A DNA stretch of 64,000 bases from Perkinsela sp. CCAP 1560/9. Taxonomy: Eukaryota; Protista; Euglenozoa: Kinetoplastea. Below, one piece after another: positions 43,434 through 55,100 of this stretch; position 1 is the stretch's first letter; each line of letters starts with the position of its first letter. A program made the translations under genes and the position numbers. Location of the stretch: positions 1 to 64,000 of the forward strand of contig CBFFSA010000013.1 of the NCBI GenBank assembly GCA_965644495.1, read 5' to 3'. Under the pieces are notes generated by a model. That model had not been told where the DNA came from, did no database searches, and was given only the letters and a program-made list of their open reading frames with translations.

Positions 43434-46400
43434 TTAGCAATCCTCGGAAGAATCAGAATCCAAAAAAGAAATTGATTCACCAGCACTTGAAGTACCAGTG
43501 CTTTCGATTTCCCTTTTTTGATTGTTCCCAATTCTTCTGTTTTGGACACTCCGTTTCCTGTTTGGTATACTTCTGTGATTTCGTTGATTCCTTTGCTCCG
43601 GACTCATCCCTTCATGTTCTGAATTCGCTTCGGAAGAGACGTACGATGTCGAGAAAGCGATCGTAATGTCCTTTTCTAGTGCTGATTGGAGAAGAGGAAC
43701 AAACGCCTGACGTATATCGTCCAAACAAATACTTGTTTGCTCGCGAAGCAAACCATCACTGGTCAGTCCAGATTCAATACGTTTCTCTAGCCGATTCCCC
43801 ACCTTAAAAGTGTTAGTAATAGACGTTCGAATCACTTCTTGAATGGCTTTCATTTCTTGTAAGAATACAGAAACCGGAGACCTTGGCGGAATTCCCGGAT
43901 CTCGGACACACAACGCTACTCGAGGCGTGCCTTGACCGTTGGCATACTTACTCAATTTGTGCGCCGTAAACCTGTACTCCTTACGAAGAAATCTTTTCAT
44001 GGACAACAGAAGTAATGCGGTAACGGAATGACGCACCTGTTCCATCGCAAGTTGCAACTCATCCCCGTCAGGTTCGGAATCCGAAACGCTCCCGCGAGAA
44101 CGTTTCCCTCTTAGCGCGGGTTTCCTCCATGTCTTCCTCTTCTTCGGTACCTGAAGCTGCACTTGAAGATCCTCCGGATCCAGCAGCGTAACCTCCGAGG
44201 TGCAGCACTCCAACACAAACATCACCTCCTCCTCCACGCGGTACGGAAGAAACGCAAGGGTTTGTGTCACCACACTCTGGGCGCGTGCAAATTCCAAAAC
44301 CTCTTCCATCCCCATTTCCTTCCTCTCTTTACCTGAAAACAGAACCCCGAGCATTTTTTCACCCCCAAGGCCATGAACCACTGACCGCAGAAACCCCTCC
44401 CGTCGTCTCTGTCCTTTCCGCAACGCCCCATACAGCGCCGCGTGTCGACTCCTGGGCGCCACCCTCTCCCCGCTGCTGCCCTCCTCATACATGCAATACC
44501 CCGTAACCTCTTCCCTTTCGCTGCCGTCGACCCCCCCCTGTCCCTCCTGGCTGTGCCTCCAGTACCCATATGAGGCCAGCACGACCCCCGGGGCCTGGGA
44601 GACCACACTCGCGGCATCGTTCTCCCAGAGCCCCTGCCAGGCCCTCACGGCCTCAGCGCTTTCGCTGCCGGCGAGCAGCAGTGGGGGAAGGAACCAGTGC
44701 GGGGCGACGACGGATTGGCGCAGCACGGTGAGGAGGAGACGAAGGGCTAAGGCCCGAAGAGGGGAGGGGGAGAGGGGGGAGACGCAGAGGGCCACGATCT
44801 CGGGATGGAACCGCTGGATGAGCCAGAGGGTCATGCCGCTGGAGCGGTCGGGTTGGGAGGAGCGGCGGGGGAGGGGGGATTCGGGGGGGTTGGGGCTCAG
44901 GGGGGGTAGGAAGGGGGTTGTGGCGGTTCGAGAGGTTTGGGTTTTAGGGTTGTGCGTTTCTTTTGGGGTTTGTGGGGAAGAGGGTATTTTTTGTGGGTTG
45001 TTCGTTTGGTTTATTTTTTGGTTTTGGTTTTGTTGTTGTTTTTCACGATCGCGTCGAATTTCTTGTCGTACCGCGGCTTCGATACGTTTTTCTTCCTCGG
45101 TTAAAAAGTCATGGATAAACCATAGGGCTTGACGTTGGAGTGCGGTGCGTTCCTCAGGGGAGAGGCTTTCGTGGGTGGATTCCAGCGAGAGGGATTGCCG
45201 TAAGACGGTTTCACATAAGGGGAGGTAGTCCACGGGTCGTGCAATGCACAACGACCCGAAGGCGCGTAATAACACCGGCAGGAGTTTTCCTTTAGCGTTA
45301 TTTTCGTTTGCCTCGACGTGTGACATCAGCGTACGAAACAGGGTGTAGAGATTGTGGTAAATCCCCGCTCCTCGACAAAGAGACGCGTTGTCCGAATCTC
45401 TTGAAAGGAGACTCGGCTTGAGAGAAGAAAAACAGGGAGGAAACCGGCGCAGAAATTGAGAGAGAATGAATAAAAACCGAAGGACAAACGCAACGTTGTG
45501 ATCCGTGCCATCAGGTAGAGAATTTGACCCCGTGCTTTTATGGTTTGTGCTCTGTACGCTCGCCTGTGTCCATTTTTGAGACACCGTACTTAGCCGAACG
45601 TAGTATTGATTGTATATCCCATACACCGCCTGTAGAGCAGGCAAGTACCCTTTTTCAAGCCTCTCTGCCATTGTAGAGGAATCGACCGAGGCGTAGAGCG
45701 TCTCCGAGGGCAGTAACCCACAGAGTGTGTCAATACACTGGATTAACACACGTTGGGGAAAATCACCAACGTGTCGGGAGAGTACTCGAGAGAGTGGGTT
45801 GTAGACTAGAGTAGAGAGACTCTCCCAACGGTTAAGAGAGGCGTGATTTTGCAGAGATGATTGTGTGGGGTCTAAACGACGCACTTTAAGAGAAGTAATC
45901 ACCGCTTTTACAGCCCCACAGGTGTGAATAAACACCACCACCTCGTCGGTGCTTGGACGAGAAGCTTGTGGGGAAGTTGCACTGTTTTTTTCTGTACAGG
46001 AAAGGTAGCTGCAGAGGGAGGAGAAGTGAGCAGGTTTAAGGGCGTGCGGAACCAGAGTAAGCAGGAGATGGAGAGAGGCCATGAGACTTCCTTTGGGGCA
46101 GGTGCTCGGGAGGAGGTTTGGGTGGGAAGTCATTGTAGGGGTAGGGTTGTGGAGATCGCGAAGAAGCGCTAGGAGTCGAGTCACAAGTTGCTGTACATGG
46201 TGCTCTCGAGATTGTCGGACTGTTGCACTTTTGGCTTGAGTACGTGTATTCTGTTTGTTAGTTGATGTGTCTTTGTCTTCGGAAGTGTAGTTTGAAACCA
46301 GAGAGGTCTCAGACTCCTCACCAAGAATGCATGCGAGAGCTTGAAAAAGAGAACTCGATTCGGTTGCGACCTGTTCAAAGGGAGGATCAGGCGAATCTGC

Positions 46401-49400
46401 ACAGACCAGGTGTATGAACAAGGACAGTGCTTGGTCCCATGTCGTCTTTAACGCTTCGTCTGCGCCGCGGGAACGGACATGTAAATGTGTTGATCTGTCC
46501 TCATGCTCACTACCCGATCTTTCAGACAAATCGTTGTCCTTTCCACCAAGCGCCTTAGGGTCGGTTTCGGAAAACAGAACACTCCAAATTGTCTCCGCGA
46601 CACTCCGATGTATTTTCACTTTATCGGCCTCCATCCAGGAAGTCTTTTTCAACAACTCACAGAGCACATGAAATCGAATGCGGTACATCCCTGCCACCTG
46701 CTTCCGTTTTCCCTCTTCCAATAAATTCTGAAGCACCCCGAGCGCTCGTTTCGCTACCAGCTCACTCGAGTCCCCGACGGCCTCAAGCACACTCTTCAAA
46801 AGCGAGCCATACATTTTCTCCGTGTGCTGTGCAAAAAAGCGAACACAGAGCGGAAGCAATTGAAGCACGGCTTCTCGAACAATCGCACTGTCATCCCGCA
46901 GTGCCCGGAGCAATGAAGGCCAAAGCGTACGAAACGCTGAGGAGTCAACCGTGAAATAACTTTTCAGTAACCCGACCACTTTTTTACGAAGTGAAGCCCC
47001 GCACCCGGGATGGAGAAATGCACTCAGGAGCGCATAGACCAAACGCTGAGTAAAAGAATGGGAGAAAACATTTTGCGTTTGGGCTTTAGTACTAAAAATT
47101 AAATAAAGCACCATCCCTCGTAGCGAATCGAGACGACTAGGGGGAGGTAGAAAAGACGAAGAGCCTCGAGAGAAGCTCTTTTTGACTTCGATCGAGATAT
47201 GAGGCAGACAAAGCCAGAACTCCGGAGGTAACGCTATACAGGAGGCCGATCCCCCGCGGTCGAGTGAGTTGCGGAGTTCACGATGCAATACACTGTGGTA
47301 AAACTCAGCCGCTGCGGTGTGTTGCGCAAAGTCCAATATTTCATTTTTTGTTTCGCTTTCGGAGGCGCGTTTGCGTTCGTTCGTTTCCCACTCGTGTGTG
47401 AGGGTGGAGAGAGCCGCGAGGATGGCTGTGGCATTTTCGGGATTCTCAATTAATTCGGATTGTAGAGATCGGAAGAGTAGACATCTCGCGCGATGAGTCT
47501 CTTCGGGGTAGTCCTTGGTAGAGTTTGGGTCCAGGAGAGGGGTAGTCGGGCCATTTTTCATAACTTTTCCATGTTTCTTTTTTCTTACCGATTTTGTGGA
47601 CGTTTCAACCAGCTCTAGAAGTTTAGTAGGAGTACGAAACCAGTCGTCGTAGAGCCGATCAAGAACTTGAGTTAGTGCACTGGACGTGCTTTGTGAGATT
47701 TCGATTCCATTCCCCGAGGGATCGACCGTTTTATGAATAGGAACATGAGGGGGTAGAATAGCCTTTTCTTCAAAATATTTCGAATGTATCGTTGACCAAC
47801 GCAAAATTTGCGTCAGTGTGTGAAGCCCCCAATATAAAATTTTGTCACGCTGGGCAGAAGTTAAGTTTTCGAAAGGAACAAAATTCGCTGCACGTTCTTG
47901 ATGATCCTCTTGCAAGAGTGGACGTACGCAGTGAGCCAAAATGTAATTGGTTAGATGCATGACGAAGGGAGCAGCGTGAGGATATTGGGGAAGAGTGGCA
48001 CAAAACAAGGCGTCCTCTAAAAGGTGGTCAAACCATTTTTGGAGTACTGCGGGATCTTCTTGAACAATACGCTCGGATCGAGCTGGACGTGAAGGTTTAG
48101 CCTTACGTGTTTTTCTCTCCTCAAACTCAGGATTTGCGGCATTGTCGATGGGTTTCACCGCCTCAAGTATACCAAAGGAAGAGAGAACGTGAGTACAAAG
48201 CGATTGCGATATTCTTGCCATTGTTTCGTGCAGCCCTGTGGAGTCAGAGGGCTGTGAGAGGAGAAGCAGTTGAACCAGTGAGCTAAAAATGGTAATATTT
48301 TTGCCCTCGATTGGAAGATGCAAGTAATTGTCGAGATCAACAGCACGAGTCATACTATTTAAAACCTGATAGCGAAGAAAATCGCAAAGATCAGATGTTG
48401 TGTCCTCTTGCAATCGCGCAGATACTTCACAGGCCATAGTCGTGCTATTGTAAATCATTACGCGTGGTATACATAAGCTATGTAGCAAAGCTACCGCTGG
48501 ACTCACATGCGACGTGATGCTGTTGATCGGTATACATAACGTTTGAAGGGCAAAATTAGCCAACTGCTCTCTCCTTTCAATTTCTTGGAGCAACGGACAG
48601 CGTGTCCAACGTAAGACACGAATGAAGTTACGAAAAATGGTAGAGAGGACGTCCGACAAGCAACCAAGAAAGTTTTTGAGGGAACCATCATTCTTCTCAG
48701 GAGGACAGTTCCGCTCTTTCGCCTTTCTGCGATTTGTGGTTTGAACAGGAAACACGTCGCAAGCCACTTCACGTGCAAGTTTTGTGAAGCCTCGTACAAC
48801 GCTGCTAAGAAGGTTCATCACAGAATCCAATAGCTCCAAAGACATGGACAAGGCATGAAAGTCATGGAGAGAGACATATTGGTCGCTGGCTAGCTCCTTT
48901 AAATCTTTTTGAGGGTTTTCAAAAGTAGGCGCTTTGCGATCAAACGTTTCCATGGGTACTGTCCATAGTGCACTTAGGACGCCGATACGAAAAGCATTGA
49001 GCAGATGTGCTATCCATTCTTCGAACCCATTTTTTGAGGATGAGTGTAACGTTGCTAAATTTGTGCATTGTGTGAATGCATTTATCGATTTGATGGCGTT
49101 TTTTGAGAAATTTAAGACATTGACCTGATTTTCTCTCGATGAGGGACATGCAAAGAGAGATAATACTTCATGCGATCTTTCGAAAGTGAGACCATTTACT
49201 CGATCTCTAGTTTTTTCTGAGACATAAAGGAAACACTCAAGTGTGGTGCGAAGAGGATACTTGTCCTTGTACAGGTCGGTGAAGACAGCCAGCCACGTCC
49301 TCCAAGATCCCAAGTCATTGCATAAAAAATCGACAGCAGGCACAGTCTCGCACAATTCCTTCACTGGATCAAATATTTTCTCAGGTTTCCGCGCCGGACG

Positions 49401-50759
49401 CTGTCTCTTCGCACTCAGTTCAGACTTTATTTTTTCCTTTGTCTTTTGCTCTCTAATTTGCAAACTCAAGTCAGACACACAAGATTCCGTAGCCGCAAGC
49501 ATAGTTTCCGAAACCGCGTCAGTTTTCGAAACCATGCCACGCGCGGTGTCCTCTTTCTGGGCACATTTTGCCCTCGTACGTGAACCTACTCCCTCCCCAC
49601 GTAAAACATTTTTCTGAACCAACGATACTCTAGATTCGGTCACCAGATCCAATTTTTCGTCCTTTAAAGTCAAATCACATTTTCGAATCCCCTGGGATTG
49701 TTTTTCTCTTGCTGCAGTCGAAATTGTTTGCGCAATCTCTTCCTCTTTAAACTCTGGTGGAGTTTGCGTCGCCTCCATACTTGAGTCCACTCTTCCCATA
49801 CTTAAAAACGCCCCACTTTCTTTTTTCTTCGATAGCGACACCGAAGAAGAGCTTGCAACGTCCTCGGGCAGTGACATGTCAACCTTCCCGGCCAGTACCG
49901 AAATGTTTCCTAACTGCGAGACCGTTTCTCGGCTCCTCATTTGAAGAGGAACCGGCTGGGCGGATGCCAGACGCTCACGGGTTTTCGCAGAGCCGACAAC
50001 GGACGAAGCCTTTTCCTTTTCTTTATTCTCATTTATGATTCCCGGGTTTGCGAGCTGCACGACTTGCCGGGCCATCCGACTGATCAGCGTGTCCTCATTC
50101 AGCCACGCAGCGCCTTCAGGGTTCAGTGACTCCTCTCGAAACGGGGCCTCGGAGTTCAGCTGCAGATGCGTAATACAGGACTGCTTGTAGGATTGGAGAA
50201 TACGATCCGAGAGGTCGGGCTCGGAGGGAAGCGACCCGTCACACTCTCGTGGTAGCCAGTTGGTAACTCGTGGGGTATCGGTCTCAGGAAACACATCGGG
50301 CTCTGTACTTGTATTAACATTCAAGTTTGCGTGTTTGGCGTCTGTTCCAGAGTACGGCAGATTATCTTTTGCAAAGGAAGATTCATTTTTTTCGTGTTGC
50401 AGAGATGACTCAACTTTGTCTCTTGTTGTTTCCTCGTTCTCAAATGGTTGTTCTTCCTGTAATCCAAAAAAAGTATCGTACAACCCCGGGGCGAGTATTT
50501 CACGTAAGTTTGGGGGGTGAAGGACACGGCCTTTAGTCGCCTCTGGGCTTTCACTGTCTTCGTAACTTTGTACACGTGGGGAACTCGAAAAGAGAAAACG
50601 ATCCGGAAATTCAAAGCAAGGCAGCGGGAGAGCCTCGAGTAGGGAGGGTGAGATATCAATAAGGTTGTGAAAGCAAAAAGGGGGAGGCAGCCGCAGAGAG
50701 GAGTCGGGGGTCGGGGAAGAAGATTCGACAGGGGAAGATGTAGGGTCTGGGGTTTCCAT
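43434..50759 (-). CDS. SCC2: Cohesin loader Scc2/NIPBL (Nipped-B) homolog
   Basis: 2441-aa HEAT-like protein with the cohesin-HEAT motif LRDDSAIVREAVLQLL..VGDSSELVAKRAL and Nipped-B C-terminal-like segments (LIQRF, VLRQSVVAP, LAFLPY..EEEV, KRFLRKEY). Confidence 0.8.
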   Translation of the reverse strand: METPDPTSSPVESSSPTPDSSLRLPPPFCFHNLIDISPSLLEALPLPCFEFPDRFLFSSSPRVQSYEDSESPEATKGRVLHPPNLREILAPGLYDTFFGLQEEQPFENEETTRDKVESSLQHEKNESSFAKDNLPYSGTDAKHANLNVNTSTEPDVFPETDTPRVTNWLPRECDGSLPSEPDLSDRILQSYKQSCITHLQLNSEAPFREESLNPEGAAWLNEDTLISRMARQVVQLANPGIINENKEKEKASSVVGSAKTRERLASAQPVPLQMRSRETVSQLGNISVLAGKVDMSLPEDVASSSSVSLSKKKESGAFLSMGRVDSSMEATQTPPEFKEEEIAQTISTAAREKQSQGIRKCDLTLKDEKLDLVTESRVSLVQKNVLRGEGVGSRTRAKCAQKEDTARGMVSKTDAVSETMLAATESCVSDLSLQIREQKTKEKIKSELSAKRQRPARKPEKIFDPVKELCETVPAVDFLCNDLGSWRTWLAVFTDLYKDKYPLRTTLECFLYVSEKTRDRVNGLTFERSHEVLSLFACPSSRENQVNVLNFSKNAIKSINAFTQCTNLATLHSSSKNGFEEWIAHLLNAFRIGVLSALWTVPMETFDRKAPTFENPQKDLKELASDQYVSLHDFHALSMSLELLDSVMNLLSSVVRGFTKLAREVACDVFPVQTTNRRKAKERNCPPEKNDGSLKNFLGCLSDVLSTIFRNFIRVLRWTRCPLLQEIERREQLANFALQTLCIPINSITSHVSPAVALLHSLCIPRVMIYNSTTMACEVSARLQEDTTSDLCDFLRYQVLNSMTRAVDLDNYLHLPIEGKNITIFSSLVQLLLLSQPSDSTGLHETMARISQSLCTHVLSSFGILEAVKPIDNAANPEFEERKTRKAKPSRPARSERIVQEDPAVLQKWFDHLLEDALFCATLPQYPHAAPFVMHLTNYILAHCVRPLLQEDHQERAANFVPFENLTSAQRDKILYWGLHTLTQILRWSTIHSKYFEEKAILPPHVPIHKTVDPSGNGIEISQSTSSALTQVLDRLYDDWFRTPTKLLELVETSTKSVRKKKHGKVMKNGPTTPLLDPNSTKDYPEETHRARCLLFRSLQSELIENPENATAILAALSTLTHEWETNERKRASESETKNEILDFAQHTAAAEFYHSVLHRELRNSLDRGGSASCIALPPEFWLCLPHISIEVKKSFSRGSSSFLPPPSRLDSLRGMVLYLIFSTKAQTQNVFSHSFTQRLVYALLSAFLHPGCGASLRKKVVGLLKSYFTVDSSAFRTLWPSLLRALRDDSAIVREAVLQLLPLCVRFFAQHTEKMYGSLLKSVLEAVGDSSELVAKRALGVLQNLLEEGKRKQVAGMYRIRFHVLCELLKKTSWMEADKVKIHRSVAETIWSVLFSETDPKALGGKDNDLSERSGSEHEDRSTHLHVRSRGADEALKTTWDQALSLFIHLVCADSPDPPFEQVATESSSLFQALACILGEESETSLVSNYTSEDKDTSTNKQNTRTQAKSATVRQSREHHVQQLVTRLLALLRDLHNPTPTMTSHPNLLPSTCPKGSLMASLHLLLTLVPHALKPAHFSSLCSYLSCTEKNSATSPQASRPSTDEVVVFIHTCGAVKAVITSLKVRRLDPTQSSLQNHASLNRWESLSTLVYNPLSRVLSRHVGDFPQRVLIQCIDTLCGLLPSETLYASVDSSTMAERLEKGYLPALQAVYGIYNQYYVRLSTVSQKWTQASVQSTNHKSTGSNSLPDGTDHNVAFVLRFLFILSQFLRRFPPCFSSLKPSLLSRDSDNASLCRGAGIYHNLYTLFRTLMSHVEANENNAKGKLLPVLLRAFGSLCIARPVDYLPLCETVLRQSLSLESTHESLSPEERTALQRQALWFIHDFLTEEEKRIEAAVRQEIRRDREKQQQNQNQKINQTNNPQKIPSSPQTPKETHNPKTQTSRTATTPFLPPLSPNPPESPLPRRSSQPDRSSGMTLWLIQRFHPEIVALCVSPLSPSPLRALALRLLLTVLRQSVVAPHWFLPPLLLAGSESAEAVRAWQGLWENDAASVVSQAPGVVLASYGYWRHSQEGQGGVDGSEREEVTGYCMYEEGSSGERVAPRSRHAALYGALRKGQRRREGFLRSVVHGLGGEKMLGVLFSGKERKEMGMEEVLEFARAQSVVTQTLAFLPYRVEEEVMFVLECCTSEVTLLDPEDLQVQLQVPKKRKTWRKPALRGKRSRGSVSDSEPDGDELQLAMEQVRHSVTALLLLSMKRFLRKEYRFTAHKLSKYANGQGTPRVALCVRDPGIPPRSPVSVFLQEMKAIQEVIRTSITNTFKVGNRLEKRIESGLTSDGLLREQTSICLDDIRQAFVPLLQSALEKDITIAFSTSYVSSEANSEHEGMSPEQRNQRNHRSIPNRKRSVQNRRIGNNQKREIESTGTSSAGESISFLDSDSSEDC

Positions 50760-50950
50760 GGCTAGGTTGGGGGCAAAAATTGATACAATGTACTAGAGAT
50801 GATCACAAGAACAAAGTAAAATGAGGGAAAAAAGTTTTCCTGCTGCCCTGATTGTTTTCCAAGGTAAAAGATATTGTATACTGGATTTAAATCCATTTTT
50901 TGGTTTGAATGGATAATTTAATTATTCAAACTACAATTATTTTTAGGACC

Positions 50951-51706
50951 CTATTCCGCTTCGAACGCATCCATACGATATGTTGAGATGGGCAAATCCG
51001 ACGGAGAGATCGCCGTCCCGGTGCGTATCATCGCCTTCACGCGGTTAATCAACAGTCTGCGATTACTCCAGAACTGGTCCTGGGTCCGCTTGTAGTGCAC
51101 GTAACGATTCTCCGCCTCCGCATCCAGAATCTTCTTCGACATCCCCGCAAAACTTCGATGGATATTAATCCACTTCGAGCGGTGATCTCGCAACAGCTTA
51201 CTCTCCTCGTAGTCTACATAGTAGTAAGGCTCATCATAATTGGAGCGCATCCCCGAGGGGGTGCCATGTCTCCATTTCATATGGGCCAACAAACACTGGT
51301 ACCGTATGGAGTGAAGCGTCCAGTAGTTCGTCCACCACCGGTCCACAATGCCGTGGCTCTCGGCTTTAATCCGCTGCGGGGGTCGTCGAATCTCACTCAC
51401 ATGAAAATGAGCCGGGATGGTGTCCAGAATCTCCGCGAGCGCCTCGCGGCTGTAGCGCAGGTGGAGCAGCGTTCGCTTTCCTTTGGTCCAGCGGGAGAAC
51501 ACGGAGGGCCAGCAGGAGAGGAAATTGGTCTCGCGGTAGACCGGGCGGAAGGGGTTGCGTTTCCAGTCGCGTGGGTTGATCCAGTGTCGCTGGTTAAGGT
51601 TCCAGTGCCCGGGAAACATGTAGGGGATAAATTTAAGGGGGGAGGAGCGCGGGGGGTCCTGCATCCGGGGGGTGGAGGCGAGATGGAGAGGGGAGCGAAG
51701 CAGCAT
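50951..51706 (-). CDS. Kinetoplastid mitoribosomal large-subunit protein (mL59/mL64-like)
   Basis: Motifs YSREAL, RPPQRI.A.S.GIV.RW..NYWTLHS.RYQCLLA, NYDEP and FWSNR..L.NRVK match my recollection of trypanosome mL64; not checked against a database. Confidence 0.75.
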   Translation of the reverse strand: MLLRSPLHLASTPRMQDPPRSSPLKFIPYMFPGHWNLNQRHWINPRDWKRNPFRPVYRETNFLSCWPSVFSRWTKGKRTLLHLRYSREALAEILDTIPAHFHVSEIRRPPQRIKAESHGIVDRWWTNYWTLHSIRYQCLLAHMKWRHGTPSGMRSNYDEPYYYVDYEESKLLRDHRSKWINIHRSFAGMSKKILDAEAENRYVHYKRTQDQFWSNRRLLINRVKAMIRTGTAISPSDLPISTYRMDAFEAE

Positions 51707-52180
51707 GGGGGCGTGGGAAGAGGTGGGAGGAGAAAGGGGAGTAAAGAGAAAGAGAGTTTGGAAAATGAAGAAAAATAAAAAAATATGGGCAGTAGGCGAG
51801 GAAATAGGAGTAACACGAGAAATGCTTTAAGCAAGAAGAAATAATTTGTTTTATTTTGCGTAATCTTTTTGAAAGATAAAAAATAGAGAGATAAAAAAGG
51901 GGAATAGGGGAAGAGAAAAATTATCTCCTCCCATTTTTTTGGGGGATCTTCGGGGGTTTCACGCGTTTTAAGCAGAACTGCAGACATTGTTTCATGTCTG
52001 TAAAGAGAAAAAGATAAATAATCTTTGATGGCGTATTCGTACGAGAAACACAACAAACAATTTGGCACACAAAATTTAGAATATAGAGACTATGCACCGT
52101 TTTTCTCATCCTGGTGTACTCTGCCCGTTCGCACTCATTGTAACTTCGACAGAATAGCACTTTTTTCAAGGATTTTGACC

Positions 52181-55100
52181 TTATTCGGTAGATTCATTCT
52201 GAGCACGAGACCAATTCTCCAAAATAGACACCAATGAGGGATCAGCTGTTCTGCCTTGCTGCGAAAACGTCGGCGACCACCCACTCTCCTCTAGCTCCCC
52301 CAGGGAGAGAGAAGGCTCGAAGTGCTCAAACGCACCTGACTCCGGTTGGACCGAACCCTTTCCCAGCTCTCTTATTCCTTTCCCATTTTGGTTGTTTTGG
52401 TCTTGTTGAAGCGTTGCCATTTTAAGCGCGGAAAGCACCTTGGAGGCATCACGTGCGGCATCCACATATTCAGACGGATTCAATTCCTCCCCAGCATTTA
52501 ATGGCTCATCCTGCTCACTATTTTCTTCCGTAGGAAAGGAAATGGAAAAGGGATCTAGAGTGGTTGGAGACGCACCCGATCCCACATAAGAGCCAGGAGA
52601 AGAGGAGTATCCTAACATAAAGTTTTCCTCAAATGTATTTCCAGAGGGAGGCTGACGCTGAAAGTGCTCAAACGCCCCTGGGAGAGAACCTCCTCGTATC
52701 TGAGAGCTATCCCTTAAGGGTCTTCCCATCCCTTGGGTAAAATGAGAAGAATTCGAACCCAAGACATTTGTAGAATAGGGTACAAAATTTACCCCTTGTT
52801 CTGCTTCACCTAGTGGGTGAGAATCCCAACCTGGATGTACACTTTGTTTTTCCAAAGAAGGCATCCCTGTTCCCGTTACCTCGGGAATGAAACCCCCTTT
52901 CATTTTAGGTAACGACCCCACCCGTCCTGCACGGTTTTCTTTTTTCCCTACAGAGGAGGCAACAGGGGCATAGGACGACCCCAGGGGATTGTATACATTT
53001 CCCAACCCGACCTCAGGGGTCATGGGAAAGGACAGGAAGGTCTCTTTCGAGGGATGGACCCCCGAGAGCCTTTGTCTTATCTTATTTTTCCCCTTTGCAT
53101 GGTTCAACTGTGGTTCAGGGAGAGCCGGCCTCCCTGAAGAAGAGAACCCGCTCTCTCCCCATGCCGCGGGATAATCCTTCACTCCTTGAGGACTTGTCGG
53201 GTTCGACCCCCCCGTTGTCGAGGGGATAAAGGGGGTTTGAAGAGTTAAACCTTCATAAAAATGCGGAGAGCTTTCATGAAACATTGGAGAAGCTTCATGC
53301 ATTTCCCTCCGATGACCCAAAGGGAGGGTAGCCCCATGGGGGTGGGGGAGAGGAAAAGGAAAAGCCACTGACGACATCGTTGTCGTCGTTGCCGTTGTCG
53401 TCGTAGGGGGAGGTCCCATGGGATGGGGTAGCGCCATGGGATTCATTAGCGTTTCCCATTTTCGTTCCTTCCTTCCACTTTCCCCTTTCTCCCAACCCCC
53501 CCTCGTGGGTAGCACGTGGGTATAGGCGTTGGGTGGCACCGGGGGTGGTTGGAGAGGGGGAAGGGGTCCATGCCCTGGAGGGCCGTGAGGCCCCATGGGA
53601 CCCGGGAAGGCTGGGGTCATGGGAAAGGGGGAAGGGAGGGTACTGCTGCTACTACTCTCATGAGGAGGGTAGAGGGGGGGAGGGGGGAAGGTACCGGTTT
53701 GTGGTGGTGGTGGTGGTGGCAGTGGCAACTCCATGGGTTGCTGCTGCTGTTGTTGTTGTTGGGGTAAGGAAGGCGTTGTATTTGCATTTGGTATACGATA
53801 CATATTTGTTGTTGTTGAGGCAGGAATCCCTTGAGGATAAACCCGTTCAGAAGGAATCCCTTGAGAAGGAACCCGTTCAGAAGGAATCCCTTGAGGATAA
53901 ACCCGTTCAGAAGGAACCGCTTGAGGAGGAACCCGTTCGGAAGGAACCCCTTGAGGAGGAGCCCGTTCAGAAGGAACCCCTTGAGGAGAAACCCTTTGAG
54001 GAGAAGCTCTTTGAGAAAGAACCCCTTGAGGGGAAGGAATCTCTTGGTAAGGGAGATGGCTCCTTGCTCCATAGGGGGTAGGGGGTGGAAAGGGAAGGAA
54101 GGGTAGGGTGGAGGAGGAGGGGTGAGGTAACGAAGGATCAGGGAAGGGCAAAGCTTGGGAGGGATAGGGGAGGGAAGGGGGTAGTGGGGGTCGTTGTGGA
54201 GAGGAACGTGTGGAGGGATGAGGGGAAATGTGGGGTGGAGCGTAGGGCGGGGGTTCGTGGGTAGAAGAACAGCTGGGGAAGGGTAAACTTTGGGAAGGAT
54301 GTATTGTCAGGGGAGGAGCTACCAGAGGGAAGGGGGGAGGAAGAGCCCCGGGAGGAGTTTTGTGAAGAGCAGAAGGACTCAAGGTTGTGTGCGGAGTGAC
54401 ATGAGGAGAGTGGAATGTGGAGGTAGGGAGGACGTCTCGGAGCGGTGGGGCGTCTTTGGCAATGTTGTCAGGGAGGCCGGAACTGTGCAGTAGTGATTCT
54501 GCCTCGAGAGACAAACCGTTTTTTTCGTCACCCCCTGGAGAGGTCAAAGGCTTTTTCGACGTTTCTGAGTGACGCAATTCGCGAGTTTCCCCAGTTTTTA
54601 TCCCTCTTTTGGACTTGTTTGACGAACGAGACAACAATGGTGGGGTGGATGGGACAGGAGAGCGAGGAGATTTGGAACGACTGTAAGATAATGTAGATGA
54701 ATCATCCTGCTTTTCGATTGTTGTATCGTGTAGTGCTTTTCCGGTTGATGCGTTCAGTAGTTGGGGTTCCGCACGCTTAGATTCCTTGGTTTTCGTTTCC
54801 CCTGTAGCACTTTCTTTTTGAGCTCTCACATGTGAGATAGAATTTTCCAAGTCGCGTAATGTAACGGAATAATCATCCAAAATGGCCTGCTTACGAGCTA
54901 CTTTTGAGCGCATTAGTTTTAGCTTTTGACGGGTTTGACGCTCTTGAGAGACGATATCTGTAATTTTTCTCTCTGTGGTACTTTTCTCTGAGAGAAGTTG
55001 CGACAAGTCTTCGGTAAGCTTTGCGGTTTCAGCACGGACGGCGCTTGTAGCTTCTTGAATTTCCTTGATTTCACATGATAAAGATTTGTCCCCATAATCA

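Noticed and set aside
43247-43549. N-terminal extension of the LRR ORF overlapping Scc2
   Set aside because: It precedes the family's usual start position and overlaps the Scc2 stop in another frame; likely an open intergenic frame.
51095-51778. Plus-strand ORFs opposite real genes (also 27242-28022, 44491-45132, 53533-54106, 57532-58190)
   Set aside because: Antisense shadows of GC-rich or low-complexity coding sequence with no recognisable motifs.
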